The notes under the pieces are model-generated. The model was given only the letters and a program-made list of their open reading frames with translations. It had not been told where the DNA came from and made no database searches. From contig CAVNZM010000084.1 of assembly GCA_963693365.1 (NCBI GenBank), forward strand, positions 1 to 11,646: 11,646 nt of DNA, in the 5' to 3' direction. Positions 10,507 to 11,646 of this stretch are shown here, one piece after another; position 1 is the stretch's first letter, and each line of letters starts with the position of its first letter. The stretch comes from Amoebidium appalachense. Lineage: Eukaryota; Protista; Ichthyosporea. Made by a program: the position numbers and the translations under genes.

Positions 10507-11646
10507 GGGCCCCCCGCCCCACGCCGTCCCCTCTCTCCCCCAGGCTGCCATGACTATATGACAATAACCTGATCACATGCATTGCAAGTTATGTATATAA
10601 CTATGTACTTAATTAGTCTATGATTTCGCAGCAGTCTATGTACATACAAGTTCCAACGTGTAATCAGTGATTCACTAAAATGTCGTACTACCCTTGATCA
10701 CCTGAAACTCAGGATACAGTGTCATGGCATCCGGCCATATGCTTGAGCTGCCCCACATGTAGGCCTCCCCCCCCCCCCCCCCCCCCCCCGCCCGGGGCCT
10801 GGACCTGGGGACTCGCGATTGTAACGGTTTCCACTGTCTCCGCACCACGCGTTCACATGGACACTTTTTAATTCACATAAACCTACACACATGTGTACCA
10901 CTCACACAGTGTCACACGGAGTGCACAAAATTTTAATTTAAACCAGTGATGCGCAAATGATATCAGACATCATCTTGAACATGCAGATGCATACATACTG
11001 TAACGCCCACGTGACGAATTCGCATAAGCAGCCTTTTGACGGGTGGAAGTTTTTAATGACAGTGTGAGATAAACTTGGCCGTCATGGGCACGGCGTATAC
11101 ATGAAAAAAACAAAATGGGCGAGTTCAGTGGGCTGCCGATAATTATACTTCGTGCTGCCGGTATACATGCTGCCGTGGTTGTTGCTCTAGACGGCAGCAT
11201 GGCATTGCATGTGTCACGTGACCTGCACGTGAATGCGACCATGTGCAGGCACTGAGTCTAGGGGGATTTGTGTGTGTGTTTTGGAGCACCGACAAGGCAG
11301 AGCCAGGGTGAGGGATGTGTAAACATGGAGTTTAGGGAGATCGTGCTGCAATTGTAACATGTGCACAAAACAGCCACGTGCACCACACTCCGGTGTACAG
11401 AACAATAATATGCACATGCGTCACTGTAATACCATGTATGCGCATGCCGCACAAGGTTTAGGAGACCACCACAGTAGAGACTATTTTCTTTTGGTTGATA
11501 TCCATGTAGGAATGGTGTGTTGCAATTGTCATGATCAGCCTGAGGCAGGCACGTGCACTCACTGAATTACTAGAACTCTTGAATAAAAAAAACATTCGCT
11601 AAAAATGGCAAGATGAATTTGGGGCCAAGTCATTATGGGGGGTTTA

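Noticed and set aside
10544-10731. Box C/D snoRNA or MITE bounded by tgccatgac/gtcatggca
   Set aside because: Only a 9-bp perfect inverted repeat, with no canonical C box next to the stem and no clear TSD.
10970-11565. Short ORFs near the right end
   Set aside because: No recognisable motifs or supported splice structure.

Overview
Eukaryotic genomic DNA rich in homopolymers and microsatellites. The main feature is a complete four-exon, plus-strand gene for mitochondrial PduO-type ATP:cob(I)alamin adenosyltransferase (MMAB/cblB orthologue): join(650..830,2404..2573,7313..7515,8522..8699), 243 aa, with three GT-AG introns and an N-terminal mitochondrial presequence. The 4.7-kb second intron contains a ~3.1-kb element (about 2973-6073) bounded by ~47/58-bp imperfect terminal inverted repeats and inserted into a small tandem array. 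Near its left end on the plus strand is a decayed THAP zinc-finger ORF. Near its right end on the minus strand is a decayed ORF that resembles, by eye, the C-terminal region of D5/P4-type viral primase-helicases. No DDE transposase is recognisable, so it looks like a non-autonomous THAP-type DNA transposon, possibly with virus-like cargo. A candidate first exon of a divergent gene starts at 209 on the minus strand. Most other ORFs in the track are translations of simple repeats. All protein-family calls are from visual motif recognition; no database search was run.
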